This document shows positions 9,723 through 19,287 of a stretch of DNA of 64,000 bases, piece after piece (positions within the stretch are counted from its first letter, which is position 1; every line of letters starts with the position of its first letter). The position numbers and the translations under genes are program-made. The notes below the pieces were generated by a model that ran no database searches, was not told the origin of the DNA, and worked only from the letters and a program-made list of their open reading frames with translations. The stretch is from Candidatus Spongiisociaceae bacterium (GTDB taxonomy: Bacteria; Actinomycetota; Acidimicrobiia; Spongiisociales; Spongiisociaceae): assembly GCA_965202665.1 (NCBI GenBank), contig OZ241841.1, positions 1,440,001 through 1,504,000 of the forward strand. Reading direction: 5' to 3'.

Positions 9723-11192
9723 ATGAAACACTTCAAAGCAGCAAAGGTCCTGGGCCTGGTGTTGGCGTTGGCGATGGTAGCGGCCGCTTGCGGCGGCGAC
9801 GACGCCTCGCCGACCACCACCGCGTCCCAGACCACCACCGCCGCGCCGACCACCACCGCGGCGGCGACCACCACGGCGGCTATGGACGACGCGGAGGAGA
9901 CCACCACCACCGCCGCGCCGACCACTACCGCCGCGCCCACTACCACCGAGGCCCCGATGATGATGGTGAGCGACGAATGCCAAATCGGGGCTCCGGAAAG
10001 CGCGGTGACGATCAACATGATCGGCTGGACCTTCGACATCATGGAGTTCTACGCCGACGAGTTGGAGAAATGCAACGGCGAGAACTTGGAAGTCAACACC
10101 CAGCTGTTGCAGTACCAGGACGCGCGGGACCAGATGTTGCTGGACCTGACCTCCGGTGGTACTTCGGCTTATGAGATCGTGCACGGCGCCAACGGCGAGA
10201 TTTCCGAATTCGGATCTCAGGGCTTGGTTGTCAGGCTGAACGATTTGGTGGAGAAATACTGGGATGAGTACGACTTGGGCGACATTTCCCAGACCGCCTG
10301 GAACGGCGCTACTTTCGATGAGGGCATTTACGGCATCCCGGTGGTGTCCAACACCCAGCATTTGATGTACCGGCCCGACCTGTATGAAAAGTACGGTTTG
10401 TCGGTGCCCGCCAACTACGACGAGGTGATCAACTCCTGCAACGTCATGCGGGACGAAGCATCCATTGATTTGCCGTTTGTGATGAACTTGCACGCCGGTT
10501 CCGCCTGGGATGTGTGGTTTCTGCACTTCTTCCGCGGTTTCGGGGGCGGTAACTATTTGAACCCGGACAACACCCCGGCCGTGGCCAGCCCGGAGGGGGT
10601 GGCCGCCGTCGCCAAAATCAAGGAAGTCATCGACGCCTGCATGGGGGCGCAAGGCCTCACCTACGATTACAACGCGGTGCAGTTGGGCTTGCAGACCGGC
10701 GGCGTGGCCTCCTCCACTTTGTGGGCCAGCCGGGCGGCGGCCATGGACGACCCCGATGAGTCGCTGTTTGTAAACGGGATCGAATTCGCGGTCGCCCCTT
10801 CGCCCATGCCGGGCGGTCCGGCGGGGTCTTCCGCTTGGAACGACTTCCTGATGATTCCGGCCAGCGCCGACGTTGATCCGGAGCTGATTTTCAAGATCAT
10901 CATGGAGGCCACCGACGCGGAGAGCCAGCTGGGCGCGGCGGTGGTGGGCATTCCCACCCGGGGTTCGGCGGCCGCCGCCGGCGTAGGCGGACGTTATCTT
11001 CCCGCGGCGGCGGAATCAGTGGCCAACGGGATCGGCATCTTCGCTCCCAACCCGGCGGTCCGGTTGATGCGCAATGCTTTGGGCAACCAGCTCCCGTTGG
11101 TGGGAACCGGTGAGAAAACCCCCGAACAGGCGTTGAACGACGCAGTGGAAGAATACTTGGTCGAGGCGACAGCCCAAGGCTTCGTGTCCTAG
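9723..11192 (+). CDS. Carbohydrate (CUT1) ABC transporter substrate-binding lipoprotein
   Basis: Lipobox MVAAAC, Thr/Ala-rich linker, GIYGIP, LMYRPDL..KYGLSVP; AGGAG RBS. Confidence 0.88.
   Translation: MKHFKAAKVLGLVLALAMVAAACGGDDASPTTTASQTTTAAPTTTAAATTTAAMDDAEETTTTAAPTTTAAPTTTEAPMMMVSDECQIGAPESAVTINMIGWTFDIMEFYADELEKCNGENLEVNTQLLQYQDARDQMLLDLTSGGTSAYEIVHGANGEISEFGSQGLVVRLNDLVEKYWDEYDLGDISQTAWNGATFDEGIYGIPVVSNTQHLMYRPDLYEKYGLSVPANYDEVINSCNVMRDEASIDLPFVMNLHAGSAWDVWFLHFFRGFGGGNYLNPDNTPAVASPEGVAAVAKIKEVIDACMGAQGLTYDYNAVQLGLQTGGVASSTLWASRAAAMDDPDESLFVNGIEFAVAPSPMPGGPAGSSAWNDFLMIPASADVDPELIFKIIMEATDAESQLGAAVVGIPTRGSAAAAGVGGRYLPAAAESVANGIGIFAPNPAVRLMRNALGNQLPLVGTGEKTPEQALNDAVEEYLVEATAQGFVS
9812..9950 (+). 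repeat. Low-complexity (P)TTTAA coding repeats (lipoprotein linker)
   Basis: Repeated accaccaccgccgcg(ccg) units. Confidence 0.7.
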
Positions 11193-11206
11193 ACGTCGAC
11201 TAGGTT

Positions 11207-11236
11207 GCGGGGGCCGTCGGCGCGACGGCCCCCGTA
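11207..11236 (+). terminator. GC-rich stem-loop after the SBP gene (terminator or mRNA-stabilising hairpin)
   Basis: gcgggggccgtcg-gcg-cgacggcccccgt. Confidence 0.65.
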
Positions 11237-11258
11237 GCCCTAATATAGGATTTCAGTT

Positions 11259-12122
11259 ATGCAACGAAAAACTTTTTACGGATTTAGCGCTCCCAGCTTG
11301 GTGATGATGGCCGCCTTGATGGCGTTTCCGCTCATTATGTCAATTTGGCTGGGGATGAATTTTATGACCTTCCGCAACATCCGGACTCCCGAATTTATCT
11401 GGTTTCGCAACTTCGGGGAGGTGCTGACCGACGTCCAGTTTTGGCAATCCATGCGTTTTACGCTCATATATATGGCGGTGACCATCCCCATCCAGTTGGG
11501 AGTGGGGTTCGCCATAGCCTTGCTGTTGGATCAGGTGACCCGTTTGCGGGGATTGTTCATGGCGGCCCTGCTTCTGCCTTTTATCGTGGTTCCGGTAGTG
11601 GGGGCTATGCTGTTCCGCTCCATGTTCGACCCCTCCGGGATTATTACCTGGTTTTTTCGAGATATTCTGGACCAGAGGTTCTATTTCACAGAAGGTTCTA
11701 TAAAAGCGGTAATCATAATCCACGCCCTTTGGTATATCACACCGTTTGTGGTAGTGGTTTTGTTCGCAGGTTTGCAATCTTTGCCTAGCGATCAAATAGA
11801 GGCCGCCGAAGTAGATGGCGCCAAATGGTATCAAAGCATTAGATATGTTGTAATACCTCATTTGCGTTCTCTCTTATTATTCATTTCCTTGATGTTGATT
11901 ATGGATGCCTATCGAGTGTTTGATAGCGTATTTGTTTTAACTGGAAATAATCCTATATTTAAGGCAGACACCGTTCAGGTGTATAATTTCGAAGTAGGGT
12001 TACAGGTGCAACGGCTGGGTAAAGCTAATGCTATGGCGATTTTGACGGTTATAGGTGTGTTGATAGTGCTAATTCCGTTTTTGATTATCACCTACCGTAA
12101 TCAGATTGCGGAACGCGAATGA
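11259..12122 (+). CDS. Carbohydrate ABC transporter permease (MalF-like)
   Basis: Multiple TM helices; EAA loop AGLQSLP..QIEAAEVDGA. Confidence 0.92.
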   Translation: MQRKTFYGFSAPSLVMMAALMAFPLIMSIWLGMNFMTFRNIRTPEFIWFRNFGEVLTDVQFWQSMRFTLIYMAVTIPIQLGVGFAIALLLDQVTRLRGLFMAALLLPFIVVPVVGAMLFRSMFDPSGIITWFFRDILDQRFYFTEGSIKAVIIIHALWYITPFVVVVLFAGLQSLPSDQIEAAEVDGAKWYQSIRYVVIPHLRSLLLFISLMLIMDAYRVFDSVFVLTGNNPIFKADTVQVYNFEVGLQVQRLGKANAMAILTVIGVLIVLIPFLIITYRNQIAERE

Positions 12123-13123
12123 GACGGACACGGAACCCGTTCATTCGCGCTGGCATATACTTGGCGTTGAGTTTGGTCGCCGCGTATTCCATATTCCCTT
12201 TTCTGTGGACTTTTCTGCAGTCTATAAAGACGGTACGGGATGCCAACTCGCGCACCCCTCTCTGGTTTTTTGAGGTTACCTGGGAAAACTATTCCACCTT
12301 ATGGCTGGAATCCACCCCCGAAAATCTGACCACTCTCTCCTTGACTTTGCTGGTTATTATCGGCGCGGTGGTGACGGCTATGGTGTTCGCCGAGCGTCTC
12401 CCAATTCCCAGGTGGGTGGTGTATTGGCTGGGTATGGCGGTGTTTGCTTTCATCTTATGGCAGATACCGAGGATCGTAGACACCGCCGAATTTTATGACT
12501 ACTTCCTCAACACTGTTATCGTTACCGTCGGGACCCTGATTGTTTCTATCACGATCGGTTGCCTAGCCGGATATGCGTTGGCTCGCTACGGGGGAATGGC
12601 GGGGGCGATTATTCTTATCGCCGCCTTGGCTTTCCGGGCTTTGCCCAGACTGGCGTTTATTTTCCCGTACCTGTGGATCGGCCAGGTCACTGGTTTGATA
12701 AACACGCATTTATTACTGATTGTAACTTTGGTAGCGATAAACCAGCCTTTTACCATTTGGATGCTACGGAGCTTTTTTAGGGATGTTCCCCGGGAGTTGG
12801 AAGAGTCCGCTATGGTGGACGGAGCCAGCAGGCTGACCGCCTTTCGCAAGGTGGTGGTTCCCATCGTATGGCCGGGGATAATCTCAACTTCCTTGTTTAC
12901 CTTGCTGTTGGCCTATAACGAGTTTTTGCTCCCCCGAGTCCTCACCCAAACCAACTGGACGTTACCGGTGGCTATATCCCAATTCGCGGGCGGAGAGGAC
13001 CCCGCCCATATAACGTTGGCGGCGGCGGGAGCCGTTTCCATAACGTTGCCTATTATTTTTGTTATTATATTTTTCCAGCGGCAACTAGTACGCGGATTGG
13101 CCGCTGGAGCAGTGAAAGGATAA
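12119..13123 (+). CDS. Carbohydrate ABC transporter permease (MalG-like)
   Basis: ELEESAMVDGA, AYNEFL, FFQRQLVRGLAAGAVKG; ATGA overlap. Confidence 0.92.
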   Translation: MRRTRNPFIRAGIYLALSLVAAYSIFPFLWTFLQSIKTVRDANSRTPLWFFEVTWENYSTLWLESTPENLTTLSLTLLVIIGAVVTAMVFAERLPIPRWVVYWLGMAVFAFILWQIPRIVDTAEFYDYFLNTVIVTVGTLIVSITIGCLAGYALARYGGMAGAIILIAALAFRALPRLAFIFPYLWIGQVTGLINTHLLLIVTLVAINQPFTIWMLRSFFRDVPRELEESAMVDGASRLTAFRKVVVPIVWPGIISTSLFTLLLAYNEFLLPRVLTQTNWTLPVAISQFAGGEDPAHITLAAAGAVSITLPIIFVIIFFQRQLVRGLAAGAVKG

Positions 13124-13187
13124 GTTGCCGATGCGACGCCGACGAGTTGGTTCGGAACGCCCTGATAAGGCATGAAAGGACACCAAT

Positions 13188-14255
13188 ATGGGTAAGCACC
13201 TGCAGAACAAACTCCGGATTCGGGATGGACTGAACGCCATCACCGACTCTTCCGCCGAACAGGTGGGGGAGGCCTTGCGCAGCCTCTATCATCCGCAGGC
13301 CGAATGGAAGAGCTCCCATCCGATTAACACGGTATCGGGCGTCGGTGATATTGAACGGACGGTTTGGCGCCCGCTTCTCACCTCTTTTCCAGACTTGGAA
13401 AGACGGGACCTCATCCTGATCGGCGGCTCCTACGACGGATCGCGGGGTGAAATGCACAACCAGCAGGGGCCGGTAGTCCGCCGCATTCACGAGGGGGGCG
13501 ATTATGTGGCTGCCCTGGGTCATTTAGCCGGAACCTTCGTGCGGGACTGGTTGGGCCTTCCCGCCACCGGCCGCACCCTCTATTTGCGTTACGGAGAGGT
13601 GCATAAAGTGGTAGAAGGAAAAATTTCCCAAAGCGTCGTGCTGATCGACGTACTGGACGCCATCCGACAGGCCGGGTTTTGGCCGGTGGCTCCCAGTTTG
13701 GGGGTGGAGGAAATGTGGCCCGGTCCTATTCACGCGGACGGGATCGTTTTAGAGGAAAGCGACCCGGCCGTTTCCGCCGCCACCCTGCAGGTCTGCCTGG
13801 ACATGCAGGCGGCTTTGGGCAAAGGCCCGATGAGCCGGGACGAGTTGTTGAACGGGCCCCAGAAGCCGCACTGGCACCCCAAAATGATGTACTACGCCGG
13901 AGCCGGGATAGGAACTTGCCGCGGGTTGCCGGGGTTCGTCGATCACCATCAGGTTCCATTTCGGGTTTCTTTCCCGGATCGGATGGGGGACCACGAATTC
14001 GAAATAGCCGACGGCAAATATGCGGTCACCGGCGGCTACCCATGCGTTTCCGCCACCCATGGAGGGGGAGTTTGGATGGGTTTGCCTCCCACCGGCCGCC
14101 AATTGGAAATGCGGGTAATGGATTTTTATTTGGTTGATGAGGGAACCGTTAGGGAGAACTGGCTTCCCATCGACATTGTTCACATTTTGCATCAGATGGA
14201 TGTCGATGTTTTGGCCAGGGTTCGCCACCAGTTCGGCGGCCAGCCCTACCTGTAA
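13188..14255 (+). CDS. Tandem SnoaL-like/ester cyclase protein
   Basis: SFPDLERRD, WLGLPATGR, WMGLPPTGR..MRVMDF...ENWLPID. Confidence 0.8.
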   Translation: MGKHLQNKLRIRDGLNAITDSSAEQVGEALRSLYHPQAEWKSSHPINTVSGVGDIERTVWRPLLTSFPDLERRDLILIGGSYDGSRGEMHNQQGPVVRRIHEGGDYVAALGHLAGTFVRDWLGLPATGRTLYLRYGEVHKVVEGKISQSVVLIDVLDAIRQAGFWPVAPSLGVEEMWPGPIHADGIVLEESDPAVSAATLQVCLDMQAALGKGPMSRDELLNGPQKPHWHPKMMYYAGAGIGTCRGLPGFVDHHQVPFRVSFPDRMGDHEFEIADGKYAVTGGYPCVSATHGGGVWMGLPPTGRQLEMRVMDFYLVDEGTVRENWLPIDIVHILHQMDVDVLARVRHQFGGQPYL

Positions 14256-14275
14256 ACGGAAAGGAAAGGAAAAAA

Positions 14276-14770
14276 ATGAGCGACAAAGATCCGACTAAGC
14301 GCACCGCATTGGAGGTGGTCCGGCAAATGGCGGCCGCCTTGAACGACAATGTGGTGGAAGGCCAAGAGGCCTACTGGACTCCCGATATGGTGTGGCGCGG
14401 CCCGGCCGGAGTGGGCACCCGCCGCGGCCTGGGCGAGTTCGCCGACTACCGGGACGATTTCATCCGCGCCTTCCCCGACAAATATTTTGAGGATTGGGTC
14501 CACTTCGGGGACGGAGGGGATTATGTGGCGGCGGCCGGGGTGCAACACGCCACCCATAAGGGGGAGTGGCTGGGCATCCCGGCCAGCGGCCGACGGGTGC
14601 AGGTGAAGTACATGGACATTTGGCGGGCGGAAAACGGGTTTTTGGCCGAAAACTGGGTGATGTTGGACATCCTGGATTTCTTGGAGCAGCTGGGATACGA
14701 CGTAGCCAAGGTGCTGGCCTACATCGGCTCCAAAGGTCCGGAGTATTTCGACCGGGCGGCGGGCGACTGA
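14276..14770 (+). CDS. SnoaL-like ester cyclase
   Basis: AFPD, ATHKGEWLGIPASGRRV, MDIWR..GFLAENWVMLDIL. Confidence 0.85.
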   Translation: MSDKDPTKRTALEVVRQMAAALNDNVVEGQEAYWTPDMVWRGPAGVGTRRGLGEFADYRDDFIRAFPDKYFEDWVHFGDGGDYVAAAGVQHATHKGEWLGIPASGRRVQVKYMDIWRAENGFLAENWVMLDILDFLEQLGYDVAKVLAYIGSKGPEYFDRAAGD

Positions 14771-14795
14771 ACCGGGACGGAAACGGAGGCCGGCC

Positions 14796-16079
14796 ATGGA
14801 ATATCTGAAGCAACCCAAAAAATCCCAGCAACAGATAACCGCTGAGATACGGGATACCGTGTCGGAGATCCTGCGGGATGTGGAAACCGGGGGCATGGCC
14901 GCGATCCGCAAATATTCGGAACGGTTCGACGGATGGAGCCCCCCTTCCTTCCGAGTTCCGCCGGAGGCCGTCGAACGGGCCTACGAGGAGATGGAACCGG
15001 AAGTGGAGGCTTCCGGTCAGTTTCTGATCGATCAGGTGGTCAACTTCGCCCGCCTGCAACGGGAAACCCTGGTCGATTTCGAAGCGGAAACATTGCCCGG
15101 GGTGACTTTGGGGCAACGTCATATTCCGGTGCAGAACGTGGGGGCCTACTCGCCGGGCGGCCGGTATCCGCTGATCGCGTCGGCGGTGATGACCGCGGCC
15201 ACCGCCAAAACGGCCGGGGTTCCCCGGGTGCTGGGCGCGGCCCCGCCCCGCGACGAGGCGGGCATGCACCGGCCCCAGTTGTGGGCCATGCACCGTTCCG
15301 GAGCCGATGAGATTTTCTGCGTGGGCGGGGTGCAGGCCTTGGCCGGGATGGCCTTCGGCATGGAGGACGCGGCGCCGGTGGATATGATCGTAGGGCCGGG
15401 CAACGCTTACGTGGCGGAGGCCAAGCGGCAACTGTTCGGGCGGGTGGGAATCGACCTTTTGGCAGGGCCGACTGAGATTATGATCATCGCCGATTCCTCC
15501 GCCGATCCGGCGGTGCTGGCCTGCGACCTGCTGGGCCAAGCCGAACACGGTCCCACCTCCCCGGCCATTTTGGCCACCACCTCCGAGGAGGTCGGCCGTC
15601 TCGCCATTCGGGAGGTGGGGCGATGGCTGGAAACCTGGCCCACCGCCGAGGTTTCCCGGGCCGCCTGGGAGGACTACGGAACGGTCATCCTGTGCGGGGA
15701 CGATCGGGAGATGTTGGAAACCGCCAACCGGGCCGCCCCCGAACATCTGGAGGTGCACACCTCCGACCCGGACTGGTTTGCGGAACGGCTCACCGCCTAC
15801 GGCAGCCTGTTCATCGGAACCAACGCCACCGTGGCCTACAGCGACAAGGCGATCGGCACCAACCACACTTTGCCCACCATGGGGGCCGCCCGCTACACCG
15901 GCGGGTTGTGGGTGGGCAAGTTCCTGCGTACGGTGACCACCCAGCGTTGCACCCCCGAAGGCGACCGGGCGGTGGCCGAGCATGCGGCGACGGTGGCGGA
16001 CGCCGAGTTGATGTTCGGTCACGCCGTTTCCGCCCGCCTGCGCCTCAACCCGGAGTTTTTCCCGGAGGCGATGGCGTGA
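14796..16079 (+). CDS. Histidinol-dehydrogenase-family paralog, sulfopropanediol 3-dehydrogenase (HpsN)-like
   Basis: PGGRYPLIASA, GPGNAYVAEAKRQLFGRVGID, DLLGQAEHG, APEH, DKAIGTNHTLPT.GAARYTGGLWVGKF. These fit the HpsN-type clade rather than biosynthetic HisD; no his genes nearby. Confidence 0.8.
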   Translation: MEYLKQPKKSQQQITAEIRDTVSEILRDVETGGMAAIRKYSERFDGWSPPSFRVPPEAVERAYEEMEPEVEASGQFLIDQVVNFARLQRETLVDFEAETLPGVTLGQRHIPVQNVGAYSPGGRYPLIASAVMTAATAKTAGVPRVLGAAPPRDEAGMHRPQLWAMHRSGADEIFCVGGVQALAGMAFGMEDAAPVDMIVGPGNAYVAEAKRQLFGRVGIDLLAGPTEIMIIADSSADPAVLACDLLGQAEHGPTSPAILATTSEEVGRLAIREVGRWLETWPTAEVSRAAWEDYGTVILCGDDREMLETANRAAPEHLEVHTSDPDWFAERLTAYGSLFIGTNATVAYSDKAIGTNHTLPTMGAARYTGGLWVGKFLRTVTTQRCTPEGDRAVAEHAATVADAELMFGHAVSARLRLNPEFFPEAMA

Positions 16080-16846
16080 AACCGACGGCGGCGGTGACCG
16101 GGGCCGGGCGGGGAATAGGCCGGGTAATCGCCCTGGCTTTCGCCGAAGCGGGATACGACTTGGCGCTGGCCGCCCGCAACCGCCCCGCTTTGGAGGAGAC
16201 GGCCCGCCTGGCCGCCGACCGGGGGGCGGATTCGCTGGTGGTCCCCACCGACGTGGCTGACCGCGGGCAGGTGGAGTCCATGGCCGGCCGGGTGCGGGGT
16301 CGTTTCGGGCGGGTGGACGCGCTGGTGAACAACAGCGGCGCGGCCGGTCCCAGCGCCCCCCTGTGGGAGGTGGAGGCCGATGCCTGGGAGGAGACGTTTG
16401 CGGTGAACGTGAGAGGGGTTTTTCTGGTCACTAAGGCTTTGCTTCCCATGATGCTGGAACAGCGGAGCGGTTCGGTTATCGTGATCGGCTCCATCAGCGG
16501 CAAACGTCCGCTGGCGGGGCGCTCCCCCTACGCGGCTTCCAAACTGGCCCTGGTGGGTTTGGTGCGAACCCTGGCTTTGGAGGCCGGGCCCTACGGGGTG
16601 CGGGTTAACCTGATTTCCCCCGGTTTTGTAAGCGGGCCCCGCATTGAATGGGTGATCGAAGCGCAGGCCGAGGAGCGGGGGGCGAGCCGGGAGGAGATAC
16701 GGGCCGAGTTCGGCGCCGCTTCCCCGTTGGGACGTTTTACGGAAGCGGAGGAGGTGGCGCAGGGATGCGTTTTCTTAGCCTCCGCGGCCGCCTCCGCCGT
16801 CACCGGCATCGACCTGAATGTCAACGCCGGCGTGGTGATGTACTGA
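16076..16846 (+). CDS. SDR-family oxidoreductase
   Basis: TGAGRGIG, LVNNSG, YAASK; GTGA overlap with the previous stop. Confidence 0.92.
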   Translation: MKPTAAVTGAGRGIGRVIALAFAEAGYDLALAARNRPALEETARLAADRGADSLVVPTDVADRGQVESMAGRVRGRFGRVDALVNNSGAAGPSAPLWEVEADAWEETFAVNVRGVFLVTKALLPMMLEQRSGSVIVIGSISGKRPLAGRSPYAASKLALVGLVRTLALEAGPYGVRVNLISPGFVSGPRIEWVIEAQAEERGASREEIRAEFGAASPLGRFTEAEEVAQGCVFLASAAASAVTGIDLNVNAGVVMY

Positions 16847-16922
16847 CCGGCGCTTGCGAGAGGCGCAAGGTTTTCCATAGACGGGGGCCGGGGCGGGTAG
16901 GATGAAAGCCGCCCGTAGTGCA

Positions 16923-17711
16923 ATGACGAACATACTTCAACCTAAACTCACCGCTCCCCTTTACCGCCTGTATGAGCGGCGGTTGCGGAGGAGCCTGCGC
17001 CGGGAGCGCATGCCCCGGCATGTGGGGGTAATTTTGGACGGCCATCGCCGCTACGCCCGGGCGGAAGGTTTGCAGACCTACACCGACAGTTACCGGGCCG
17101 GGATGCGGCGGTTTGAGGAGTTTTCCGGCTGGGCGGCCGAACTTTCCATCCCTTCCATCACCGCCTGGGTGCTTTCCACGGAGAACCTGCGCCGCCCCGC
17201 CGAGGAAATCTCCCCCTATTTCGAGGTGCTCGGCGAACTGTTCGCCCGCCTGCCCGACCTGTCCCGCCGCCACGGATTCGGGCTGAAAGTCATCGGCAGC
17301 CTGGATCTGCTCCCGGCCGGTTTGACTTCGGCGGCCAAACAGGCGGTGGAAGAGTCGGAGGAAGGCTCCCGGCAGTTGACCATCGCCATGGGTTACGGGG
17401 GGCGCCAGGAGATCATCGACGCCTGCCGCCATCTGGTGGAAGAGTTGATCGGGCGGGGGGTGGACGCGGAGCAGTTGGCCGGCTACATAGACGCCCAAGG
17501 GTTGGCCGCCCACTTGTACGAGCCGGACCAGCCCGACCCGGATTTGATAATCCGCACCTCCGGGGAGTCCCGCCTGTCCGGGTTTCTGCTGTGGCAGGCC
17601 GCCTACGCCGAATATGCGTTCGTGGATGTGTTTTGGCCCGCTTTCCGCCGGGTGGATTTTCTGCGGGCTTTGCGCGACTACACGGCCACCGAACGCCGGT
17701 TCGGCCGCTGA
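16923..17711 (+). CDS. cis-isoprenyl diphosphate synthase (UppS family, short-chain Rv1086-like)
   Basis: PRHVGVILDGHRR, LSTENL.R, GYGGRQEI, PDPDLIIRTSGESRLSGF, ERRFGR. Confidence 0.9.
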   Translation: MTNILQPKLTAPLYRLYERRLRRSLRRERMPRHVGVILDGHRRYARAEGLQTYTDSYRAGMRRFEEFSGWAAELSIPSITAWVLSTENLRRPAEEISPYFEVLGELFARLPDLSRRHGFGLKVIGSLDLLPAGLTSAAKQAVEESEEGSRQLTIAMGYGGRQEIIDACRHLVEELIGRGVDAEQLAGYIDAQGLAAHLYEPDQPDPDLIIRTSGESRLSGFLLWQAAYAEYAFVDVFWPAFRRVDFLRALRDYTATERRFGR

Positions 17712-17962
17712 CCCTTCAGCCGGGGCGGTGGTGATGGGAGCCCGGACCGGGCCCGTCGGGGCCCACTCAGCAACCGGGATGCCCGTGATTGCCGCAACAG
17801 GTTTGCCGCCGTCGGATTTTCAGCAGATTGTTGCGCAAGGCGGCCGTCAGTTTGTCCCGCGCCCGTCCGGGGCCCCGCCAGTTGGCGAAGAAGGCTCGGG
17901 GGGATGGCCGGGTCATATCCCCAGCCTACACCCGCCCGACAGCGGCCGGGGCTCGCTACCCT

Positions 17963-18529
17963 ATGCCTGAAATGGACTCCGCCTCCCCGCTCGACGCCCT
18001 GCTCGACCACCTGCGCCAAAATGCGGTGCGCACCGACGGCCCCTTCACCCTCCGCTCCGGCGCCACATCCGACTGGTACATCGACGCCCGGCGGACCACT
18101 TTCAGCGGATACGGGGCCCGCCTGGTGGGAGAGGCCGTTTACGAAAGGTTGCGCCCGGAGGTGCGGACGGTGGGGGGGATGACGATGGGGGCCGACCCGA
18201 TTGCCGTGGCCACCGCCGTTTACGCCGCCGGGCGGGGGAGCGAGCTGCGGGCTTTTTCGGTGCGCAAGCGGGAGAAGGAGCACGGGCTGGCCGGACGGCT
18301 GGCCGGACCGGTGGAGGAGGGGGATCCGGCCGCCATAGTGGAGGACACGGCAACCACCGGCGGGGCGATGGCCGAAGCGGTGGAGGCGGCTAGGGAGGCA
18401 GGGCTGCAAGTTATACAGATCGTGGTTCTGGTGGATCGCTCAGCGGGGGCGGCGGAGGCCCGGGCCGCCGAATGGGGCATTCCCTATCAGGCGCTGGCCT
18501 CCCCCGCCGACCTGGGAGTGGGCCCGTGA
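17963..18529 (+). CDS. pyrE: Orotate phosphoribosyltransferase
   Basis: FTLRSG..SDWYID, GGMTMGADP, VRKREKEHG, IVEDTATTGG. Confidence 0.92.
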   Translation: MPEMDSASPLDALLDHLRQNAVRTDGPFTLRSGATSDWYIDARRTTFSGYGARLVGEAVYERLRPEVRTVGGMTMGADPIAVATAVYAAGRGSELRAFSVRKREKEHGLAGRLAGPVEEGDPAAIVEDTATTGGAMAEAVEAAREAGLQVIQIVVLVDRSAGAAEARAAEWGIPYQALASPADLGVGP

Positions 18530-19287
18530 GCAGATGGAACCCGCCCTTTTTCCCTCCCGAGGAGGCGCCGCCGCCCGTCTCGGATCAACCAACGCCGGAA
18601 CCGGAGGCGCCGGAGCGGGAGCCGTCCGCTCCGTCGTCGGAGGAGGAGGTTGCGCCGCCTGAGGAGGAGCCGCAACCGGAGGAGGGGGAGGCCCGGCCGG
18701 ACTTGGCGCGCTCCAATGTGCTGGTGGTACGCAACCGCACCTGGGGGTTGCGGCTGTTCGGATGGCTGGGCGTCCCCATGGTTTTATACGGGGCGGGGGT
18801 GCTGTTCGGCCTGCAGCCGTTTTCTTACCTTTTGGACCTTTTATATCCGGGGGAGAGCAACAATCCGCCCGCCGTTGAAACCCGCGACCGGTTGTGGGGG
18901 TGGATGTTGCTGATAGTGGGGGCGCTGTTGCTGATCGGCATGTTGTGGAAGATTTTGGTTTCCCACCCGGCCTTGGAAGTGGACGCCCTGGGCATTCTGT
19001 TGCCGGTGAACGGCCCCGGTTTTTCCCGGCGCATCCCCTGGGAGTGGGTGGATGAGATCTACGCCGATGAATACGTCCGGGAAACAGACCGGTATCCGGC
19101 GCTGTGCCTGCGCCTGAACGAACAGGCGCGACTGCCCCGCTACCCGTGGGCGGTACGGGTGGGGCCGGACGGGGAGCTGGCCATACCCGCCGGGGAGTGG
19201 AACATCAGCCTGTCGTTCGTGGTGCAGTGGTTGCGGGCCGCCTCCCAGGGCCTGCCCACCGGCGAATCCCCGACCAAGAAGCCGTAG
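18526..19287 (+). CDS. Hypothetical membrane protein (Pro/Glu-rich N-terminus, 2 TM, possibly PH-like C-terminus)
   Basis: GTGA overlap with pyrE, abuts nfo, two hydrophobic segments. Confidence 0.6.
   Translation: MSRWNPPFFPPEEAPPPVSDQPTPEPEAPEREPSAPSSEEEVAPPEEEPQPEEGEARPDLARSNVLVVRNRTWGLRLFGWLGVPMVLYGAGVLFGLQPFSYLLDLLYPGESNNPPAVETRDRLWGWMLLIVGALLLIGMLWKILVSHPALEVDALGILLPVNGPGFSRRIPWEWVDEIYADEYVRETDRYPALCLRLNEQARLPRYPWAVRVGPDGELAIPAGEWNISLSFVVQWLRAASQGLPTGESPTKKP

Noticed and set aside
6617-14770. Polyketide biosynthetic cluster suggested by SnoaL cyclases
   Set aside because: No PKS/NRPS or ACP; an importer plus LacI indicates catabolism.
14796-16079. Biosynthetic hisD
   Set aside because: Motifs (DKAIGTNHTLPT, GGLWVGKF) and catabolic context fit the HpsN-like clade.
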